Source: Planctomycetota bacterium
GTDB lineage: Bacteria; Planctomycetota; UBA1135; UBA2386
Assembly (NCBI GenBank): GCA_046290465.1
Contig: JBKAGP010000001.1
Coordinates: 2,144,001 to 2,208,000, forward strand
Length of the DNA: 64,000 nucleotides
Direction: 5' to 3'
Shown: in pieces, positions 20,989-31,702 of the stretch
How the letters are laid out: each line of letters begins with the position of its first letter
Position numbering within the stretch: the first letter of the stretch is position 1
Notes under the pieces: model-generated
Seen by the model: the letters and a program-made list of their open reading frames with translations, nothing else
The model's database searches: none
What the model was told of the DNA's origin: nothing
Program-made: the position numbers and the translations under genes

Positions 20989-22119
20989 TCAGGATAGCCA
21001 GTGCTGTACCGCTTCGAAGACCGTGCGGGGCTCGATGGCGGCCTGGCAGTGCGGCACCTTGTCGCATCTGGGCAGGTAGCAGCACAGGCAGTCGAAGCCC
21101 GGCGGGGTGATCTTGGTGCCGCGGCCGTAGAGCTCGATCTCGGCCGACGACGTCGGACCGAACAGGACCACCGCCGGCTTCTTGCGCGCAGCGGTGCAGT
21201 GCACGGCGAGCGAGTCGCTGGTGACGACAACGTCGCAGCGATCGATCAGCGCCGCGAAGCGACCGTAGGAGTTGCGGTTGCCGCCGTCGAACACCTGCAT
21301 GCCCGCAGCGAACCCGAGCAGTTCGCGGTGGCGCTGCACCTCCTCGGGCCCGCCCAGCAACAGCACCGCGATCCCGTGGTCGTGGCAGAGCTGCAAGAAC
21401 GTGCGCTGGTGCTCGTGGGTCCACTGCTTGTAGAGCCAGCGGCCACCGGCACCGGTGTTGAGGCCGACCAGCCGCGTGCCGGCGTCGAGGCCGAGGCCGT
21501 CGACGAACGCATCGGCGTCGGCCCGTTCCTCCGCCGACGGCTCGAGGATCGGCTCGCGCACGGCGTCCGGCGCGAATCCGAGCACCTGCGCGACCAGGCT
21601 CTGGTAGGTCTCGGTGTTGGCCTTCTTGTTGTCGTCGCTGAGGCCCATCTGCAGCCACCGCTGCGCGCCCTCGCCAAGCGCCACGATCCGCCCCTGTTCG
21701 TCGCGAACGTAGCCGCGCCGCTCCGTGCCGCGCGCCATCGCCGCCAGCACGGCGGCGTCCGGATCGGCGTCGGGACACAGCACCACGTCGAACTGCTCGG
21801 TCTGCAGGCGCGCCGCGGTGACCGCGTCGTCGGTGACCAGCACGTCGTGCACCAGCGGGTTGTGGTCGAACAGCCCCTTCGCCGACGGCCGCGTCAGCCA
21901 GGTGACGCGCGCGCCCGGCCAGGTCGCGTGGATCGCCGCCAGGAACGAGGTCGTGCGCAGCACGTCGCCGGTGGCCGCCAGCTTGACCATCAGGATGCGA
22001 TGCTGCACCGGCTCGTACTCGTCGCAGCTCTGGCACACCTTGCCACGGACCTTGTGGGGCCGGCACGGGCGATCCCAGTGCACGTGGCGGCAGTCGGTCT
22101 TCAGCTCGAATTCGGTCAC
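20989..22119 (-). CDS. Glycosyltransferase family 9 (heptosyltransferase-like)
   Basis: KLAATGDVLRTT, GLNTGAGGRW..KQW, VVTSDSLAVH, LFGPTS; Cys clusters at both ends. Confidence 0.88.
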   Translation of the reverse strand: MTEFELKTDCRHVHWDRPCRPHKVRGKVCQSCDEYEPVQHRILMVKLAATGDVLRTTSFLAAIHATWPGARVTWLTRPSAKGLFDHNPLVHDVLVTDDAVTAARLQTEQFDVVLCPDADPDAAVLAAMARGTERRGYVRDEQGRIVALGEGAQRWLQMGLSDDNKKANTETYQSLVAQVLGFAPDAVREPILEPSAEERADADAFVDGLGLDAGTRLVGLNTGAGGRWLYKQWTHEHQRTFLQLCHDHGIAVLLLGGPEEVQRHRELLGFAAGMQVFDGGNRNSYGRFAALIDRCDVVVTSDSLAVHCTAARKKPAVVLFGPTSSAEIELYGRGTKITPPGFDCLCCYLPRCDKVPHCQAAIEPRTVFEAVQHWLS

Positions 22120-22202
22120 TTCAGGGCACTATCGGCACGCAGGGCACCCCCGCGACAGCCGGAACGCTACCGATCCCAGGCCCGCGAGACTACCTTTCGC
22201 TG

Positions 22203-22769
22203 ATGACCACGCTCGCCATGCTGTGGCTGCCGATCCTGCTGTCGGCGGTGTTCGTGTTCGTCGCCTCCTCGATCGTGCACATGGTCCTGCCGATCCATGC
22301 CGGCGACTACAAGAAGATGCCGGACGAGGACCGGGTCCGTCAGGCGCTGCGCGACGCGAAGGTCCCGCCGGGCCAGTACATGTATCCCGGCTGCGACTCG
22401 ATGAAGGAATACGGCTCCGAGGAGCTGCAGAAGAAGTTCGCCGAGGGCCCCGTCGGCGTGATGGTCGTGCGCCCGGACGGCATGCCCAACATGGGCAAGT
22501 CGCTGCTGCAATGGTTCGCCCTGTGCCTGCTGATCAGCGCGCTGGTCGCCCACCTGACCGGCTTCTCGCTGGCACCCGGCGCCGACGGCGGCAAGGTGTT
22601 CCACCTGTCGGCGCTGCTGGCGCTGCTCGGCTACGCGTTCAGCAGCGTCCACGACTCGATCTGGAAGGGCGTCAGCTGGACCGTGACGTGCAAGTTCGTG
22701 TTCGACGGCGTGCTCTACGCAGCGGTGACGGGCGCGACCTTCCTGTGGCTGTGGCCGGCGGCGGCGTGA
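22203..22769 (+). CDS. Hypothetical multi-pass membrane protein
   Basis: 188 aa, about four hydrophobic helices, strong GC3 codon bias. Confidence 0.75.
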   Translation: MTTLAMLWLPILLSAVFVFVASSIVHMVLPIHAGDYKKMPDEDRVRQALRDAKVPPGQYMYPGCDSMKEYGSEELQKKFAEGPVGVMVVRPDGMPNMGKSLLQWFALCLLISALVAHLTGFSLAPGADGGKVFHLSALLALLGYAFSSVHDSIWKGVSWTVTCKFVFDGVLYAAVTGATFLWLWPAAA

Positions 22770-22951
22770 TCCGCACGCGCGCCCGCTCGCGAACGCGCCG
22801 ATCGTGACCACCGGCGCGTTGCTCGACGGCAGCGCGACGATGCGCCGTCGGGTGCCCCAGTTTGCACGGTTGGGTCCGTCAGGTTCGCTCCGGGGGCAGA
22901 GGCCGTGGATCGCGCCGGATCGGTGTGGTCCGCAGGAGCGGAGCGGAAGGA

Positions 22952-23539
22952 TCAGGTTCCGTGCGGACCGCGCCAACACAGCTGCGACGGACACTCGGGG
23001 CACCACGCGTACTCCGCGCCATCGACGACGTCGAACACCTCGCGGCACGCCGGGCACTGCCAGGTGACCTCGTCGAGCAAGTCGGCGGCGACGGCGGTCG
23101 GCGACGGCACCTCGGCGCCGAAGCGAGCGCGCGCACCGGTCCACTCCGGGCGCTCGGCGACGAACAACCGGCAACAGGCGATGCAGTCACGGTCGATCTC
23201 GACCGTGATCCGCCGCTCCTCCGACGTCGACTTGAACGGTTCGACCCGGATCTCGCCGCTCCAGCTCGTGTCGTCGAACGCGTAGGCGTCCTGGTCGTCG
23301 CGACGCAGTTCGACCGACAGCACGCCGACGCAGAGCAGCTCGCACGCGACCAGGTCCCACTGGCTCTGCACCAACACGCGCAGGTCGCGCCCCGGCGTGC
23401 TGAGCATCGACCGATCGCCGTCGATGCGCGAACGCGTGACGTAGTGCAGCTCCTTGACGAGCGCGTCGTGGAAGCCGGCCATGCGCCTGGTGAACGCGTC
23501 GGCCTGCTGCTGGTCGACGATCTCGCCGTAGCCGTTCAT
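22952..23539 (-). CDS. Hypothetical protein with C-terminal zinc ribbon
   Basis: ATG overlaps the GT4 stop (ATGA); MNGYGEIVD...FHDALVKELHY...WQCPAC...WCPEC. Confidence 0.65.
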   Translation of the reverse strand: MNGYGEIVDQQQADAFTRRMAGFHDALVKELHYVTRSRIDGDRSMLSTPGRDLRVLVQSQWDLVACELLCVGVLSVELRRDDQDAYAFDDTSWSGEIRVEPFKSTSEERRITVEIDRDCIACCRLFVAERPEWTGARARFGAEVPSPTAVAADLLDEVTWQCPACREVFDVVDGAEYAWCPECPSQLCWRGPHGT

Positions 23540-24630
23540 GGCGCGAGCAGCTTGTCGACGACCGCCTGCACCTCGGGACCGAGATGCGCGTCGGTGAACA
23601 TCTGCATGCTGCGCGCGAAGCCCGCCTTGCCGTGCGCGACCGCCATCGCCGGATCCTCGAGGTAGCGACGCAGCGCCGCGGCCAGCGCGTTGGCGTCGCC
23701 CTTCGGCACGACGAACCCGGTCTCGCCGTCGACCACGATCTCGCCGTTGCCGCCGGCCGTGCTGACGACCTGCGGCAGCTCGGCGAAGCTCGCTTCGAGG
23801 CACGCGTTGCACAGCCCCTCGTGGAACGACGGCATCGTGAACACGTCCGAAGCCGCGTAGACGTCGTGCACGGGACTGATGCGCCCTGGCAGCCGCACGC
23901 GATCCTCGAGCGCGAGGCGCTGCACCTGCTGCCGCAGCTGGTCCATCTCGCTGCCGTCGCCGGCCAGCAACAGCAGGGCATGCGGGAACTCGGCGGCAAG
24001 TTGCGCGAAGGCATCGATCAGCACGTGCTGGCCCTTGCGCGGGCGCAGCACGCCGGCGAGCGAGATCACGAACGCGTCGGGCGCGATGCCGAGCCGTTCG
24101 CGCGCCGCGTCGCGCCCCGTCCGCAGCCCCGTCCACGGCGTCGGATCGAGGCCGTCGTAGACCAGCGTGATGCGGTCGTCGGGCACATCGGCCGCCAGCA
24201 GCCGCTGCCGGATCGCGTCGCAGATCGCGATCGTGTGGTCGACCAGCCGCGTGTAGCGGAAGCCCCCCATCAGCCCCTTGCGGATCGGGTAGTCGATCCG
24301 GCGGATGGTGAACTTCTTGCTGCGGTGGCCGCGCGCGGCGAGGCCGGCCAGGTAGTGCGAACGCCCGTCGGCGAACTGGATCACGTCCGGGTCGAACTCG
24401 CGGTAGGCGCGGCGGATCTTCGGCCGCAGGTCCGGCCGCCACCAGCGTCGCATCGGCGCCTCCCACACCGGCAGCCCGAGTTCTTCGGCGGCGGTGCGGA
24501 ACTTCGCGCCCGGCGTCAGCAGGACGCCCTGCTGGTAGCCGTTCTGCGCGAAGTGTTCGATCAGCATGCGCAGCTGCACCTCACCACCGGAATAACCCTT
24601 CTCGGCGAGGCAGTGCAGCAGGCGAGGCAT
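23536..24630 (-). CDS. Glycosyltransferase family 4
   Basis: GGEVQ, RKGQHVLIDA, PSFHEGLCNACLEA, GGNGEIVVDGETG. Confidence 0.9.
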   Translation of the reverse strand: MPRLLHCLAEKGYSGGEVQLRMLIEHFAQNGYQQGVLLTPGAKFRTAAEELGLPVWEAPMRRWWRPDLRPKIRRAYREFDPDVIQFADGRSHYLAGLAARGHRSKKFTIRRIDYPIRKGLMGGFRYTRLVDHTIAICDAIRQRLLAADVPDDRITLVYDGLDPTPWTGLRTGRDAARERLGIAPDAFVISLAGVLRPRKGQHVLIDAFAQLAAEFPHALLLLAGDGSEMDQLRQQVQRLALEDRVRLPGRISPVHDVYAASDVFTMPSFHEGLCNACLEASFAELPQVVSTAGGNGEIVVDGETGFVVPKGDANALAAALRRYLEDPAMAVAHGKAGFARSMQMFTDAHLGPEVQAVVDKLLAP

Positions 24631-24810
24631 CGCGGAGTTCTAACGTTCGGGCAGGCCGATGTCATCCCGGCGGCGTGGCGCGCCATCCCACCGCTGGCGC
24701 CGGGCTCGCGAAGCGAACTTGCCCGGCCTGTCGAGGATCGTGTTGCGGACGCCGAGCTTGTCGAGGCTGCGGGCGCCGCCGCCGAGCGGCGCGACAGGAT
24801 CGCACGGCGC

Positions 24811-25980
24811 CTACATGATCGCGTCGAGGCCCGTCAGCTGACGGCCGATGATCAGCGTGTGGATGTCGTGCGTGCCTTCGTAGGTGATCACCGACTCCAG
24901 GTTGCACATGTGGCGCATCATCTGGTACTCGTCGGTGATGCCGTTGGCGCCGAGCACGTCGCGGCCGAGGCGGCAGCACTCGAGCGCCATCCAGCACGAG
25001 TTGCGCTTGGCCATCGACACGTGGTAGTGCTGCATGGTGCCTGCCTCCTTCATCTTGCCGAGCTTCCAGCACATCAGCTGCGCCTTGGTGATCTCGTTCG
25101 CCATCCAGACCAGCTTGTTCTGCACCAGCTGGTAGCGGCCGATCGGCTTGTCGAACATGATCCGCATCTGGCTGTAGCGGGTCGCCTCGTCGTAGGCCGC
25201 CTGCGCCGCGCCGACCGCGCCGAACGCGATGCCGTAGCGCGCCTGCGTCAGGCAGCTGAGCGGGCCCTTGAGGCCTTCGACGCCGGGCAGCAGGTTGGAC
25301 TTCGGGATGCGCACGTCCTCGAGCACCAGCTCCGACGTGTCGGAGGCGCGCAGCGAAAACTTGTTCTTGATGCCCTTGCCGGTGAAGCCGGGCGTGTCGG
25401 TGTCGACCAGGAAGCCGCGCACGACGCCGTCGAGCTTGGCCCAGACGATCGCGACGTGCGCCTGGCTGCCGTTGGTGATCCAGTACTTGCTGCCGTTGAG
25501 CACGTAGTGGTCGCCGTCCTCGACCGCCTTGGTCAGCATGCCGCCCGGGTTGCTGCCGAAGTCGGCCTCGGTCAGACCGAAGCAGCCGATCAGCTCACCG
25601 GTCGCCATCTTCGGCAGGTACTTCTGCTTCTGCTCCTCGGTGCCGAACGCGTGGATCGGATACATGCAGAGCGAGCCCTGCACGGACACGAACGAACGCA
25701 GGCCCGAGTCGCCGCGCTCCAGCTCCTGGCAGATCAGGCCGCTGGCGACCGGCGACAGGCCGGCGCAGCCGTAGCCTTCGAGGCTGGCGCCGTAGACGCC
25801 GAGCTCGCCGAGCTCCGGGATCAGCTCGGTCGGGAACGTGCCGGCGCGGTTGTGCTCCTCGATCACCGGCATGAACCGGTCGGAGACCCATGACCGGACC
25901 GTGTCGCGGATCATGCGTTCCTCTTCGGAGTAGAGTTCGTCTACGTTGTAGAAGTCGAGGGCCTTGTACGGATCACTCAT
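24811..25980 (-). CDS. Acyl-CoA dehydrogenase (glutaryl-CoA dehydrogenase-like)
   Basis: ELERGDSGLRSFVSVQGSL, CFGLTEADFGSNPGGM, GSKYWITNG, NLESVITYEGTHDIH. Confidence 0.92.
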   Translation of the reverse strand: MSDPYKALDFYNVDELYSEEERMIRDTVRSWVSDRFMPVIEEHNRAGTFPTELIPELGELGVYGASLEGYGCAGLSPVASGLICQELERGDSGLRSFVSVQGSLCMYPIHAFGTEEQKQKYLPKMATGELIGCFGLTEADFGSNPGGMLTKAVEDGDHYVLNGSKYWITNGSQAHVAIVWAKLDGVVRGFLVDTDTPGFTGKGIKNKFSLRASDTSELVLEDVRIPKSNLLPGVEGLKGPLSCLTQARYGIAFGAVGAAQAAYDEATRYSQMRIMFDKPIGRYQLVQNKLVWMANEITKAQLMCWKLGKMKEAGTMQHYHVSMAKRNSCWMALECCRLGRDVLGANGITDEYQMMRHMCNLESVITYEGTHDIHTLIIGRQLTGLDAIM

Positions 25981-26034
25981 GTCGGGTGCGTTCGGAGGGG
26001 CGAGCAGAATAGAGGCAGCGAGCCGCCGAAGAAA

Positions 26035-26907
26035 GTGAGCACGACCGACTCCGACGGAATGTGTCCGGTGTGCGGCTACGCCCGCCCGACCGCACCGTGC
26101 GCCGTCTGCGCCGGCGAGGGCGTCATGCTCGGCAAGCGCAACGAACTGGTCGTCGGCGCGCGCAACCCGGTGCTCGACGGCCTGCGCGGCATCGACGACG
26201 TGCGGCGCGCCGTGTTCGCGCTGCTGTTCGAACGCGAGTTCGTCGGCGTGCTGCGCGGACCGATCGCGGCCAACGTGTTGGCCACCGCCGTGCTGGTGGT
26301 GGTCGGCTGGATGTGGCTGCTGCCGGCGTTCGAACAGCACTTCCGGAGCCAGGGCGAGACCGGCGCGCACCTGTGGCTGTTCGCCATCTGGCTGGGCGCC
26401 GGGCCGTCGCTGCTCGACCTCATGGCGGGCTGGGCGCAGGACCCGATCCGCCGCGCGACCGAACAGCACATGCTCGGCGCCACGCCGACCCACCCCGCCC
26501 GCGTGCGGCCGAGCCTGGTCGACACCGTGCAGATGCTGATGCTCGCGGTCGTCGCGGTGCTGCTGATGCTCGGCCTGGTGCTGATCCCCTGGGTCGGCCT
26601 GCCGCTGTGCTTCCTGCTCGGCGCGGTCGTCGCCGCGATCGTGTTCGCGCAGACGCCGCTGGCGGTGCGCGGAAGGACGTTGAAGCAGCGCATGCAGGCG
26701 CTGCGTCGACAACCGTGGCGCGTGCTCGGCGTGGGCTTCGGCATCCAGCTGGCGGCGGCGGTGCCGTTCCTCAACGTGATCGCGCTGCTGCCGGTCGCGA
26801 CGATCGCCGCGACCAGCACCTACCTGCACACGCAGAAGGGCACGACGCGGGCGGGCGGAGCCGCGCCGACGGCTGCGGGCGAGCCCGACGTCAGGGCTGG
26901 ATCGTGA
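26035..26907 (+). CDS. EI24/CysZ-like membrane protein with N-terminal CxxC..CxxC
   Basis: Hydrophobic helices, LIPWVG, VPFLNVIALLPVATIAAT; N-terminal CPVC/CAVC. Confidence 0.6.
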   Translation: MSTTDSDGMCPVCGYARPTAPCAVCAGEGVMLGKRNELVVGARNPVLDGLRGIDDVRRAVFALLFEREFVGVLRGPIAANVLATAVLVVVGWMWLLPAFEQHFRSQGETGAHLWLFAIWLGAGPSLLDLMAGWAQDPIRRATEQHMLGATPTHPARVRPSLVDTVQMLMLAVVAVLLMLGLVLIPWVGLPLCFLLGAVVAAIVFAQTPLAVRGRTLKQRMQALRRQPWRVLGVGFGIQLAAAVPFLNVIALLPVATIAATSTYLHTQKGTTRAGGAAPTAAGEPDVRAGS

Positions 26908-28504
26908 ACGACAGGCCGGCCGACGACGACCAGCCGATCGCCGACGGCGTGCACTGCGCCGGGCTCCAGCCCCAGATGGCCTGGGCGTGCAGTTGCATGC
27001 CCGCCAGCGCCGCGGTCGGCGGGATCGGCAGCGCGTAGCGACCGACGCCGCCGGCGCCCGATGCCATCGCCTCGATCACGAAGAAGCCGGCGAACGGATC
27101 CACGTGCACCAGCAGGCCGACGCCGAGCAGGTCGCTGCCGGCGACGTCGGCGCCGTTGGCGAAGGCCAGCAGACCGAGCGCCGACGGCGGCGCGTTGCTG
27201 CTGCGCAGGCCGAAGGCCAGATCGCCGACCACCGGCGTGCAGTCCGCGGCCAGCGCGTGCGGCCCGTTGCAGCCCGACGTGCCGACGCCGAACGGCGTGA
27301 CCCCGACCAGCGTCGGCGTCGCCGGCACGATCCGGAACACCTGCCCGCTCAGGTTGCAGATGTACAGCTCGCCGCGCCCGTCCTCGCCGAACCCGCACGG
27401 CGAGTCGAGCGACCACGGCTGCGGCGCGGTCAGTTCGGCGGTCCGGTCGAGCACCTGCGTGACCGTCTGGCCGTTGTGCTGCAGCGACCAGACGTTGCCG
27501 AACACGTAGTCCGCGAACAGGTAGCTGCCGCGCAGGTCCGGCACCGCGCAGCCGCGGTAGACGTAGCCGCCGATGATCGCGCGGCCGCCGGACGGCGGAA
27601 AGTACTCGTGCAGCGGTGCGGTCAGGTCGACGCCGTTGCACACGCAGTTGCCGTTGCCGTTGCAGAACGTGCCGGACATGCACGACCAGCCGTAGTTGCG
27701 GCCGCCGAGAGAGCCCGCGGGCTCGAAGTCCACCTCCTCCCGCCGGCCGCCGACGTCGGCGATCCAGTAGTCGCCGGTCAGGCGGTCGAACGTGCAGCGA
27801 TACGGGTTGCGCAGCCCGAAGTCCCAGATCTCGTCGTGCCAGTTGGCGACGCCGACGAACGGGTTGCCGGGCGGGATGCCGTAGGCGTTGCCGTTCTGCG
27901 GGTTGTCGACGTCGAGACGCAGGATCTTGCCGAGGAACGAGTCGCCGCGCTGCGCGTGGTTGAACGGGTCGGTCGGCCACAGCGGACCAGTGCTGCCGCC
28001 ATCCCCGATGGGCACGTAGAGGTAGCCGTCCGGGCCGAACGCGATGCCGCCGGCGTTGTGGTTGCCGAACACCATCGACGTCGTGAAGACCTCGACGCGC
28101 GACGCCGGGTCACAGACGTCAGGGTTGCCCGCGGACACCGTGTAGCGCTCGACCGCGACCTGGATCGACGGCTGCCGACAGCAGTAGACGAACAGCTGGC
28201 CGTTCTGGTCGAACTGTGGGTGGAACGCGAGGCCGAGCAGGCCGCACTCGCCGTTCTGCAAGAACCCGGGGCCCGGCGTCTGGGTCGCGTCGAGGAACGG
28301 CTGCGGCAGCAGCTGGCCGTCGCGCACGATCCGGATCTGGCCCGTCTGCTGCACGACGAACAGCCGGTCGAGGTCGCCGGGCGGTGCAGCGACCTGCACC
28401 GGTCGCGGCAGGCCGGTGACAACGACCTCGAGTGCGAGCGGCGTCTGGGCGGACGAGGTCGGCGCGAGGCCGGCAGCGGCGACGAGGAGGGCGAGCATGC
28501 GCAT
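26891..28504 (-). CDS. Secreted PQQ-dependent sugar (glucose/sorbosone) dehydrogenase family protein with C-terminal beta-rich domain
   Basis: GECGLLGLAFHP, NHNAGGIAFGPDGYLY..GDGG, GKILRLDVD, GLRNPYR, IIGGYVYRG, FGEDGRGELY; signal peptide ending SSA|Q. Confidence 0.88.
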   Translation of the reverse strand: MRMLALLVAAAGLAPTSSAQTPLALEVVVTGLPRPVQVAAPPGDLDRLFVVQQTGQIRIVRDGQLLPQPFLDATQTPGPGFLQNGECGLLGLAFHPQFDQNGQLFVYCCRQPSIQVAVERYTVSAGNPDVCDPASRVEVFTTSMVFGNHNAGGIAFGPDGYLYVPIGDGGSTGPLWPTDPFNHAQRGDSFLGKILRLDVDNPQNGNAYGIPPGNPFVGVANWHDEIWDFGLRNPYRCTFDRLTGDYWIADVGGRREEVDFEPAGSLGGRNYGWSCMSGTFCNGNGNCVCNGVDLTAPLHEYFPPSGGRAIIGGYVYRGCAVPDLRGSYLFADYVFGNVWSLQHNGQTVTQVLDRTAELTAPQPWSLDSPCGFGEDGRGELYICNLSGQVFRIVPATPTLVGVTPFGVGTSGCNGPHALAADCTPVVGDLAFGLRSSNAPPSALGLLAFANGADVAGSDLLGVGLLVHVDPFAGFFVIEAMASGAGGVGRYALPIPPTAALAGMQLHAQAIWGWSPAQCTPSAIGWSSSAGLSFTIQP

Positions 28505-28622
28505 GGGTGTGCATGGTAACGCGGCCACCGCCGGCTTGCCCGACGCCCGGTGCCGCGCTTACAACCGGCAGCGCCCCATCCACTTGCGCACGACTTGAGC
28601 GGCTACAACCAGCAAACACGAC

Positions 28623-29288
28623 GTGCTGTTCGTGCACGTTCCGAAGACCGCCGGCTCGAGCATCGAGCACGCGCCGTTCGTCAGCGGCATGGGTCACGAG
28701 CCGTACTGGGCGCTGCCGCAAGAGCATCGCGAACGCGCCGGGTTCTCGTTCGCGTTCGTGCGCAACCCCTACAGCCGCTTCGTGTCGATCGTGACCGAAG
28801 GCTTCTACACGGTGATGCGGCAGCAGGGCGACGAGCCGAAGACGCCCGCCGACGAGCGGCGGGTTTTCGAGCGCGCGCAGCAGCTGGTGCTCTACGCCGC
28901 GTCGCAGGCCCCCGCAGAAGGGCCGCTCGAGCTCGGCACGACCGAGCGCTGGCACATCCTCGGCAAGCAGGACGACCCGCTGCCGCACCTCGAGGGCTTT
29001 GCGTGGCCGATCCACTACGTGCCGCAGCACTACTTCGTGTCGGAGCCGGGCATGACCGGGATCGGGGTCGCGTTCGTCGGCCGCTTCGAGCGACTGCAGC
29101 AGGACTGGCAGCAGGTCTGCGACCGGGTCGGGGTGCCGTTCGCGCTGCCGCACGAGCGCAACGCGCAGAAGCACCGGCGGCGCCACTACTCGGAGTTCTA
29201 CACGCCCGAGATCCAGGACGTGGTCCGGCGCTGCTACCGGCGCGACTTCGAGGTGTTCGGCTACGATCCGGACGATCTGGGGGCCTGA
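28623..29288 (+). CDS. Sulfotransferase family 2 protein
   Basis: [11 protein letters not shown] (PAPS loop), [27 protein letters not shown]. Confidence 0.85.
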   Translation: MLFVHVPKTAGSSIEHAPFVSGMGHEPYWALPQEHRERAGFSFAFVRNPYSRFVSIVTEGFYTVMRQQGDEPKTPADERRVFERAQQLVLYAASQAPAEGPLELGTTERWHILGKQDDPLPHLEGFAWPIHYVPQHYFVSEPGMTGIGVAFVGRFERLQQDWQQVCDRVGVPFALPHERNAQKHRRRHYSEFYTPEIQDVVRRCYRRDFEVFGYDPDDLGA

Positions 29289-29349
29289 GCCGGCCCGGAG
29301 CCGGCCGAAGGTGGAACGCCGGCGGCGGACGGGTACACCAGTTCGCCCA

Positions 29350-31347
29350 ATGACGCGCCAGATCCTGGTCACCAGCGCCCTCCCCTACGCCAACGGGCAC
29401 ATCCACCTCGGCCACCTGGTCGAGTACATCCAGACGGACATCTTCGTCCGGTTCCAGCGCCTGCGCGGTCACCGGGTCGCCTACATGTGCGCCGACGACA
29501 CCCACGGCACGGCGATCATGATCCGGGCCGAGAAGGAAGGTCGCACGCCGGAGCAGCTGATCGCCGAGATGTCGGAGGCGCACCAGCGCGACTTCGCCGC
29601 GTTCGGGATCTCGTTCGACCACTACGGCTCGACCAACAGCGAGGCGAACCGGCAGGTGGCGAACGGCATCTGGGCGGAACTGCGGAAGCAGAACCTGGTC
29701 GTCGAGCGGTCGGTTCCGCGGCTGTTCGACGAGCAGAAGCAGATGTTCCTCGCCGACCGCTTCGTCAAGGGCACCTGCCCGAAGTGCAAGACGCCCGACC
29801 AGTATGGCGACGCCTGCGAGTCGTGCGGCAGCACCTATGCAGCGACCGAACTGATCGAGCCGAAGTCGGCGTTCACCGGCTCGACGCCGGTGCTCAAGGA
29901 CTCGCAGCAGTCGTTCGTCACGCTCGAGCCGCTGCAGGACACGCTGACCGAGTGGACGCAGAACAGCGGCGCGCTCCAGGAAGAGGTCGCCAACTACCTG
30001 CAGGGACACTTCCTCAACAAGCCGCTGCAGGACTGGGACGTCTCGCGCCCGGCGCCGTACTTCGGCTTCGAGATCCCCGGCCAGCCCGGCAACTACTGGT
30101 ACGTCTGGTTCGACGCGCCGATCGGCTACATCGCCAGCACCGTCGAGTGGTGCAACCAGAACGGCGGCAACGCCGACGACTGGTGGCGCAACGACGACGC
30201 CGAGATCGTGCACTTCCTCGGCAAGGACATCACCTACTTCCACACGCTGTTCTGGCCGGCGATGCTGCACTCGGCCGGCTACAACCTGCCGAAGCGCGTG
30301 CACATCCACGGCTTCCTGAAGGTCAACGGCGAGAAGATGTCGAAGTCGCGCGGCACGTTCGTGAACGCGTCGCGATACCTCGAGTTCTTGGAGCCGGGCT
30401 GGCTGCGCTACTACTACGCGTCGAAGCTCGGCCCGAAGATCGACGACCTCGACTTCCAGTCCGACGAGTTCGTCGGCAAGGTCAACAGCGACCTGGTCGG
30501 CCGCGTCGTCAACCTCGCGAGCCGCTCGGCGAAGTTCGTGCAGGACGTCGGCCTGTCGGCGGAGTACCCGGACGACGGCGGCCTGTTCACGAAGGCCGCG
30601 GCGATGTCCGACGAGATCGCCGCCGCCTACGAGGCCTGTGACTACCGTGAAGCGACGCGGTTGATCATGACCCTGGCGGACGCGGCCAACGAGTTCGTCG
30701 AACAGGCGGCGCCCTGGAAGCTCAGGAAGGATCCGGACAAGGCGCAGGAGCTGCAGGACTGCTGCACCGTCGTGCTCAACCTGTTCCACCAGATCATGGT
30801 CTACCTGACGCCGGTGCTGCCCGAGCTGAGCGCGAAGGCCGGCGCGCTGCTCGGCAGCGCGATGGACCAGTGGTCGCTCGCGCAGACGCCGCTGGTCGGT
30901 CGCGGCATCGAGACGTTCACGCACATGATGGCGCGCGTCGAAGCGGCCAAGGTCGAAGAGATGTTCACGCCCGAACAGCCCGAACCGCAGAGCCCCACCC
31001 TCGACAAGGAACCGCTCGCCGACGAGATCACGATCGACGACTTCCTGAAGGTCGACCTGCGGGTCGCCGAAGTGCTCGCAGCCAACCACGTCGAGGGCGC
31101 GCAGAAGCTGCTGCAGCTGACGCTCGGCCTCGGCGGCGACGTGCGGCGCAACGTGTTCGCTGGCATCAAGAGCAAGTACGAGCCGGACCAACTGGTCGGC
31201 CGCCTCGTGCTCTACGTCGCCAACCTCAAGCCCCGCAAGATGAAGTTCGGCGTCAGCGAGGGCATGGTCGCCGCCGCCGGCACCGACGGCGAGATCTACC
31301 TGATGTCGCCCGACAGCGGCGCCCAGGCCGGCCAACGCCTGCACTGA
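29350..31347 (+). CDS. metG: Methionine--tRNA ligase with C-terminal tRNA-binding domain
   Basis: [21 protein letters not shown] zinc knuckle, [26 protein letters not shown]. Confidence 0.97.
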   Translation: MTRQILVTSALPYANGHIHLGHLVEYIQTDIFVRFQRLRGHRVAYMCADDTHGTAIMIRAEKEGRTPEQLIAEMSEAHQRDFAAFGISFDHYGSTNSEANRQVANGIWAELRKQNLVVERSVPRLFDEQKQMFLADRFVKGTCPKCKTPDQYGDACESCGSTYAATELIEPKSAFTGSTPVLKDSQQSFVTLEPLQDTLTEWTQNSGALQEEVANYLQGHFLNKPLQDWDVSRPAPYFGFEIPGQPGNYWYVWFDAPIGYIASTVEWCNQNGGNADDWWRNDDAEIVHFLGKDITYFHTLFWPAMLHSAGYNLPKRVHIHGFLKVNGEKMSKSRGTFVNASRYLEFLEPGWLRYYYASKLGPKIDDLDFQSDEFVGKVNSDLVGRVVNLASRSAKFVQDVGLSAEYPDDGGLFTKAAAMSDEIAAAYEACDYREATRLIMTLADAANEFVEQAAPWKLRKDPDKAQELQDCCTVVLNLFHQIMVYLTPVLPELSAKAGALLGSAMDQWSLAQTPLVGRGIETFTHMMARVEAAKVEEMFTPEQPEPQSPTLDKEPLADEITIDDFLKVDLRVAEVLAANHVEGAQKLLQLTLGLGGDVRRNVFAGIKSKYEPDQLVGRLVLYVANLKPRKMKFGVSEGMVAAAGTDGEIYLMSPDSGAQAGQRLH

Positions 31348-31472
31348 TCGCCCGGTCTCAGAGGTCGGTTCGGTCGGAGAGGTTGGTTCCGGGAGCAGAA
31401 CCTGCGGACCCGTTGGACGTGGGCGCTCGGGCAGGCTGCGCACGGCCGAACCGGTCGACCGTACATGAAACA

Positions 31473-31494
31473 GGGTCCGACGATCGTCGGACCC
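31473..31494 (-). terminator. 22-bp perfect palindrome between convergent metG and the H1-like gene; probable terminator
   Basis: gggtccgacgatcgtcggaccc followed by TGTTTC on the minus strand; second hairpin at about 31513-31536. Confidence 0.55.
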
Positions 31495-31549
31495 CGCTTC
31501 CTGCTAGCGGAGCGTTGCTACCAGGCAGTAGCGACGCCCCTCAAGAAGA

Positions 31550-31702
31550 TCACTTCTTGGCGGCCTTCTTGGCCGGCGCCTTCTTGGCCTTCTTCTTGGT
31601 GGCCTTCTTCTTCGTGGCCTTCTTCTTGGTGGCCTTCTTCTTCGCGGTCTTCTTGGCGGTCTTCTTGACCGTCTTCTTCTTAGCCTTCTTCTTGGCAGCC
31701 AT
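31550..31702 (-). CDS. Histone H1-like Lys/Ala-rich DNA-binding protein (50 aa)
   Basis: MAAKKKAKKKTVKKTAKKTAKKKATKKKATKKKATKKKAKKAPAKKAAKK; AAGGA RBS upstream. Confidence 0.8.
   Translation of the reverse strand: MAAKKKAKKKTVKKTAKKTAKKKATKKKATKKKATKKKAKKAPAKKAAKK

Noticed and set aside
31360..31395. 18-bp imperfect duplication after metG (agaggtcggttc/agaggttggttc)
   Set aside because: Only two degenerate copies, and it does not include the stop codon; too weak to call.
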